Part shown: in pieces, positions 59,001 through 64,000 of the stretch
Position numbering within the stretch: position 1 is the first letter of the stretch
Layout: each line of letters opens with the position of its first letter
Assembly: GCF_902652985.1 (NCBI RefSeq)
Contig: NC_047019.1
Coordinates: 36,146,001-36,210,000, forward strand
Direction: 5' to 3'
Length of the DNA stretch: 64,000 bases
Origin: Pecten maximus
Taxonomy: Eukaryota
Notes under the pieces: generated by a model
What the model was told of the DNA's origin: nothing
Databases searched by the model: none
Seen by the model: only the letters and a program-made list of their open reading frames with translations
Translations under genes and position numbers: made by a program

Positions 59001-60373
59001 TTATGTTAAGAAAACGTCAGATATGTAGTCTTCTAAATAAGTTCAGAAAACATCAGATATACATGTATAGTCTTTATATTGACAAAGACAAATTTGATCT
59101 ATTGACACGATAATTTACACATACATTCGTTTGTATATAACATTATCTGTAGTAGAGCGGCCTCGACACAATAGGCATAATTTCTCGTCAGTATAAACAC
59201 TGTATTGCTTTGTCTCTTCGTCATAATCTGTTGTCTAATCTGGATTTATCTCAACTCAATTTGTTTTGTTTATTGTACTATATTGATCTTGTCCGAAGAT
59301 CCTCTTTCTGTTTTACATAATCTTTTGAGACTTGGTAAACTTTATTATCATCATAATTATTGAGCTGTGCTTTCTCAAACGCTATTTTGATCACAGATAT
59401 TTTATTCATGTTCGATATCAGAGTTTTTGACTGATCTTTTTGAAACTCGATAGGCTTTATCTGTTTAAAAATAATTTTAGGTATCTATGATTTCCTGCGC
59501 TGTCATTAATTGGCTTAAAATCACTTTGCGTTTTAGCGATAATCATGTTCGCAGAGGTCCTTGTTTTTTTCATACGATCTCAATAGGTAGGATATGCAAG
59601 CATCCTATGACACGTAGGTGTGCTTACCCAGACAGCATTAATTAACTGTTTCACTTCACGGTAATCTTGCTCTATTTAATGTGCACCAATTTAAAAGAAA
59701 AAGCCACGATTTGTACAAAACGCCTTACACCTAGACCATGAATTTCAGAATAAAGGAAGACGAATCAGTCAAAGGGTGAAAATTGTGGACCCCAGCACCG
59801 GGAAAGATATATCGAGCGAAATCCAAAACGGAAGATACACTGGACGAAGTTCTTCTGTAGAGCTGTCTCGGAGCCATTGGTATGACAGTTACGAGTTCCC
59901 CAATGACGACACATCCAACAAACCATTGAACAAGGTTTGATTTGTATTTGTTATTTTTGTTGATTCCTTTATCAATTCTGACTTGTATTTCTATTTTCAC
60001 TTGGGTGACTGAGGATACAAATTTAATTACAGGTACACCTATTATGACATTGTGGGAATTTCTATTCAATAAATATGGAAACTCTACTTAAAACAGTATT
60101 AGTTTGTAGACGTCATTTAGCCAATGTGAGCAAAAAGAGCACAGACTTTTTTCAATCGAAAGTAAATTTATACAAATTACATACATGCTAAATGTTTTTT
60201 AATGGCATAACTTTGCAAAAATAATACAGATAAACTGTTTAAATCAGTACGACTGTTTTCAGGAAAATCAACGATCAGGAGGAAAAGTGAAGTTTTCGCA
60301 ATTAAAAAGGAAGCAAAAGAAAAAGAACAGAAAAGAAGGCAACGGCTTGTTCACCGACGAGGATTACGATTAA
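41033..60373 (+). CDS. TRIM/RBCC E3 ubiquitin ligase (RING-HC, B-box 2, coiled coil, atypical tail). Exons 41033-41512, 41774-41872, 42327-42557, 43185-43207, 56064-56215, [57937-58044, has TGA], 59735-59934, 60263-60373
   Basis: RING [43 protein letters not shown] linker and B-box CCHHNKPLMVYCNTCEEAMCIDC..H.NH. The 99/231/23-nt exon series resembles the classic TRIM 96/231/23 pattern. The first five exons are well supported; the last three rest on phase-compatible splice sites, a TAA at 60371 and AATAAA at 60420. Confidence 0.8.
42648..42704. mobile_element. Short MITE-like element, internally deleted
   Basis: TIR TAGCCCGAGTTTC / GAAACTCGGGCTA. Confidence 0.65.
43503..54937. repeat. 53-bp satellite, ~215 copies (11.4 kb) in TRIM intron 4, with higher-order duplication
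   Basis: Unit GTAACGGCAACATAGTTCCACTGTGTTGTTCCTGTTACAGATAGGACAGATTT; rare variants recur at a 2856-bp offset. Confidence 0.98.
55032..55982. mobile_element. Degraded Helentron/HINE-like element (family B) with internal repeats
   Basis: TTTTAGCCCACCATCATCTTATGGTTGGCTA start and AAGATTCCTCTGGGACCTCTTG end; homologous to 7917-8425. Confidence 0.65.
56400..57790. repeat. Degenerate 26-bp tandem repeat
   Basis: Consensus about TCTCCATATTTAGGTGTGGTCCGATG. Confidence 0.85.
58270..58914. mobile_element. Degraded Helentron/HINE-like element
   Basis: GGCGTCCGTCGTCCG microsatellite near the start and CAGGTGAGCGAAACAGGCCC...CTCTTG end. Confidence 0.5.
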
Positions 60374-60531
60374 CTATATAGTTTTGTCGTTATTTCCTCC
60401 TATAAATAATACAAAACGGAATAAATATTGTAATAGGTTTTTAACCTTCTCCGCCAATTCCAAGATATTTTTTCTATTGTATATGTGCCTGCTCGGTTCT
60501 CGGTATAGTATCTATGATTTAACGTTTTCCA

Positions 60532-60890
60532 TTTGATTCCCCTTTACATATAACATTTTAATCCCCTTTAACAGATTACATTTTACAACCCTTAAAACAT
60601 ATCATTTGATTCCCCTTTACATATAACATTTGAATCCCCTTTAACGGATAACATTTTTATCCCATTTAATAGATAACATTTGAATCCCCTTTAACGGATA
60701 ACATATTAAACCTCTTTTACAGTTAACCAGAGGCGTATATATCATACAAGTCTCCGAGTTAACATTTGAATCCCCTTTACGGATAACATTTAAATCCGTT
60801 TTTAACGGATAATATCCTAACCTCCTTTAACAGAAAACATTTTAATCCTCTTTTACAGATACCATTCAAATCCCCTTAATAGATTACGCT
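60532..60890. repeat. Degenerate 25-bp tandem repeat
   Basis: Unit about ACATTTGAATCCCCTTTAACGGATA at 60626, 60651, 60676, 60701 and onward. Confidence 0.8.
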
Positions 60891-61084
60891 AGAGCCATGT
60901 GTGTTGTTTTACACCGATGAGAATGGGACACTTCGGCCTATGTACAGTCTAATATTTTTATTTCTTTTTTTTTCAAAGTATCTTTTTTCGTTTTTTTTTT
61001 TTACATGTAGATCTATTAATCAAATAAATTCCAGTGCTGATAAAAGAACTTCTTGTATATACTATAAAAATACATATTTCTTTG

Positions 61085-61174
61085 TAGCCCGACCTTTCCT
61101 CTGGCCCTGACATCATGTCAGGTGTAAGGCCTATACACCAGACATGGTGTCAGGACCAGAGCAAACTCGGGCTA
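61085..61174. mobile_element. ~90-bp palindromic MITE-like element
   Basis: TAGCCCGAC..CCTCTGGCCCTGACATCATGTC..GGTGTA / TACACCAGACATGGTGTCAGGACCAGAG..AAACTCGGGCTA. Confidence 0.65.
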
Positions 61175-62066
61175 ATTTCAGTAGAAATCTGTAGGTACTA
61201 TACATTGTAGCTTCGACATGTATCGGGTATTGATATTTGGCGATCTGTGGTACATATATACGGCATCATCATATCAGCTGTATCGTCACTAATGTATATG
61301 TACATTACTGAGATTACGTCACGTTAGGCAGTAATTAATATATCATTTAGATGTCCACTCTAAATTTTCACAACATTTACAGAACATTCCAAAATGGTAT
61401 CATTGTTTCATTTTGATTTCATATTATAACTTCTTAAATCATGTACTGAAATACAAATAACAATAAGTCTTTGGGGGATCTTTTTTAGTGTGTAAATTTC
61501 ATATGCATGTTTTTTTAGTGGATTTTTATCTATTGTTTCACAAAGTATATACACTATGTACCAGATACTAGCAAGATATTTTCTATTTATTATACACTTC
61601 TTCATCTACTTATATATTTGTTTGGTATATGCACATACATATATCAGTGTCAATATTTGTTATTCAATAATTTTAAGTGTTATTATCACTGAACCTTTGT
61701 TTTATCTATGCGTAAGCATGGGCATCTCAGCACATGGTTGCTATAATGATTTCAACATTTACTTGGGTGTTTAATTGGACTTTGTTGATATATTCTGAAT
61801 CTCCTCTCCTTTACCGTTAATTGGAGTTTGTTAATTAATTGTACAATTTTATATCTCGGTTTACCTGGGACTGAGCTTAATTTCTATGTATATGCAGATT
61901 TGTCTGCATCGACATCCAAACACACACACTTCAGATGCTGAATATTCCCTACAATTTGACTTTGGGAAACGGACAAACGGGACATAATATAATTACATGT
62001 AATTCTTAAGTATACGGATCAAAGTTATATGCAGCCGAGTACATGATTAATTAAATTCAAAATCAT

Positions 62067-62138
62067 TGCCTACCTAGAGACCGAACCCGGGACCTCTGGC
62101 TTACTAGTCTTACGCTCAAACGATCGAGCTAAAGGGAA
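62067..62138 (-). pseudogene. tRNA-derived sequence (Thr-AGT-like), probably a SINE head or tRNA pseudogene
   Basis: Minus strand reads TAGCTCGATCG (A box), GACT-AGT-AAGCC, GAGGTCCCGGGTTCGGTCTC (B box). The acceptor and anticodon stems pair poorly. Confidence 0.6.
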
Positions 62139-62881
62139 AATTTCTCCATCTACCAGGGTTACACAAATAACATCCACAAGACATGACTTGTTTTTGAGTT
62201 CATAATATATAATTCACGTACATAAAACACAAGAGTTCATAATATATAACCCCCGTACATAAAACATGACTTAGGGACCTGTTTATGAATTTAACGTACT
62301 AGTATACATAAAAAAATATTATCATTGTAGTTCATTTAATGATTTATTTTGGGGGGGTTATCAATTCAATGTACATAAATACAATAATTTATTGTTGTAT
62401 TCTATAGCAAAGATATATTTTTTCACATTTCTGAAAATAATAGACAATACATGTATGTTCATATTGTATCAATTGCGAAAATAATTTACATCAGCTTTCG
62501 TTTTATGGCGATTTTATGCCTTGGGGGAAGGATGATTTACATGTGTTCTCCACTTTATTAAATCCAAGTTATGTATTCATGTATAGGTAGGTACTAAATT
62601 GTTTAAAGCATAACGTTTTGTTATTACATACAGATAAGCGTATATTTTAGACGAAACATGAATTATCTCAACTAAAATTTCATTAAGATTGATATTTTGA
62701 TATTGTACTTTGGATATTTTTGAATTTATTTAAATAAACGCATCAAAAAGTTTTGTTTGTTATTTATTCCAGCAAAAAGGCGTAAACTGTAATCAGTAAA
62801 TATACATGCCAGAGCTATGCACAGTTCAAAGTGGTGTAACATTGCTCTTAGTGAATACACGCATCATCACTAAAGTAAATC

Positions 62882-64000
62882 TACCCACTTATACTCAAGA
62901 GAATTCAGACATAAATACCCAATAGATTCAACACACTAATACTCGAGAGAATCTTCACACCTATACTCAGGAGAATCGACATACCAATACTCACAATAAT
63001 TCACAAACCAATACCCAAGATAATCCACACGACAATACTCGAGATAATTCACACAATATTCGAGATATTTCACACACGAATACTAAGAGACTTTATACAC
63101 CAAATCCTCAAGAGAATTCACACACCAACACTCAAAATAATTCACACACAAATACTCAATAAAATCCACATACCATAACTCAAAAGAATTCATACACCAA
63201 TACTCCAGAAAATTTGCATACCAATACTCAAGAGAATCCACACACCAATACTCAATAAAATCCACATTCCAATACTCAATAGAATCCACATACCAATACA
63301 CAAGAAAATTCACAAACCAATACTAAAGAGAATTCACATACCATAACTCAAAAGAATTCATACACCAATACTCCAGAAAATTTGCATACCAATACTCAAG
63401 AGAATCCACACACCAATACTCAAGAGAATCCACATACCAATACTCAAGAGAATCCACATACCAATACTCAAGAGAATCCACACACCAATACTCAAGAGAA
63501 TCCACATACCAATACTCAAGAGAATTCACATACCAATACTCAAAATAATTCACACACCTATATTCAAGAAAATTTACAAACCAATACTCAAGAGAATCAA
63601 CCTACCAATACTCAAGAGAATTCACAAACCAATACTAAAGAGAATTCACACACCAATGCTCGGGAGAATCCACAAACCAATACTCAAGACAATTCACACC
63701 AATACTCAAGACAATTCACACACCAATGCTCAAGAGAATCGACAAACCAATACTCAAGACAATTCACACGCCAATGCTCAAGAGAATTCACAAACCAATA
63801 CTCAAGAGAATCGACAAACCAATACTCAAGAGAATTCACACACCAATACTCAAGAGAATTGACAAATCAATACTAAAGAGAATTCACACACCAATACTCA
63901 AGAGAATCGACAAACCAATACTCAAGAGAATTCACACACCAATACTCAAGAGAATCGACAAATCAATACTCAAGAGAATTCACAAACCAATACTGAAGAG
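62882..64000. repeat. 24-bp tandem repeat running off the right edge
   Basis: Unit CCAATACTCAAGAGAATCCACATA; a variant block recurs at a 168-bp offset (63170/63338). Confidence 0.95.

Noticed and set aside
58915-59720. Possible LINE 3' remnant on the minus strand (..EKLCLLC..)
   Set aside because: Too degraded to support without a profile search.
62067-62138. Functional tRNA-Thr gene
   Set aside because: The acceptor and anticodon stems do not pair properly, so it is treated as SINE-like or a pseudogene.
63083-63876. HTNTQENP / YWYVDSLE repeat ORFs
   Set aside because: These are translations of the 24-bp tandem repeat, with frame breaks and no gene structure.

Overview
AT-rich, intron-containing animal genomic DNA. 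The Helentron/HINE-type repeat families suggest a bivalve mollusc, which is an inference. The first ~31 kb holds four conserved genes in two head-to-head pairs: USP47 (minus, 3' part outside the window) with RPL10A (plus, complete, hosting an intronic C/D snoRNA), and the STK40 pseudokinase (minus) with MRPL19 (plus, exon 3 duplicated on either side of a satellite-bearing Helentron-like element). The last ~33 kb is dominated by tandem arrays (38, 37, 33, 34, 53, 26, 25 and 24 bp units) around and inside a RING-B-box-coiled-coil (TRIM) gene. All gene models were assembled by hand from GT-AG sites and exon phase, and all family assignments come from recalled sequence similarity, not database searches. 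Best leads: (1) the TRIM tail resembles the eIF4G PABP-binding motif and lies behind a symmetric exon with an in-frame TGA; (2) a duplicated ~41-nt element in RPL10A intron 2 that may be an autoregulatory L10a-binding site; (3) the MRPL19 exon duplication. No CRISPR, rRNA or intact tRNA gene was seen.
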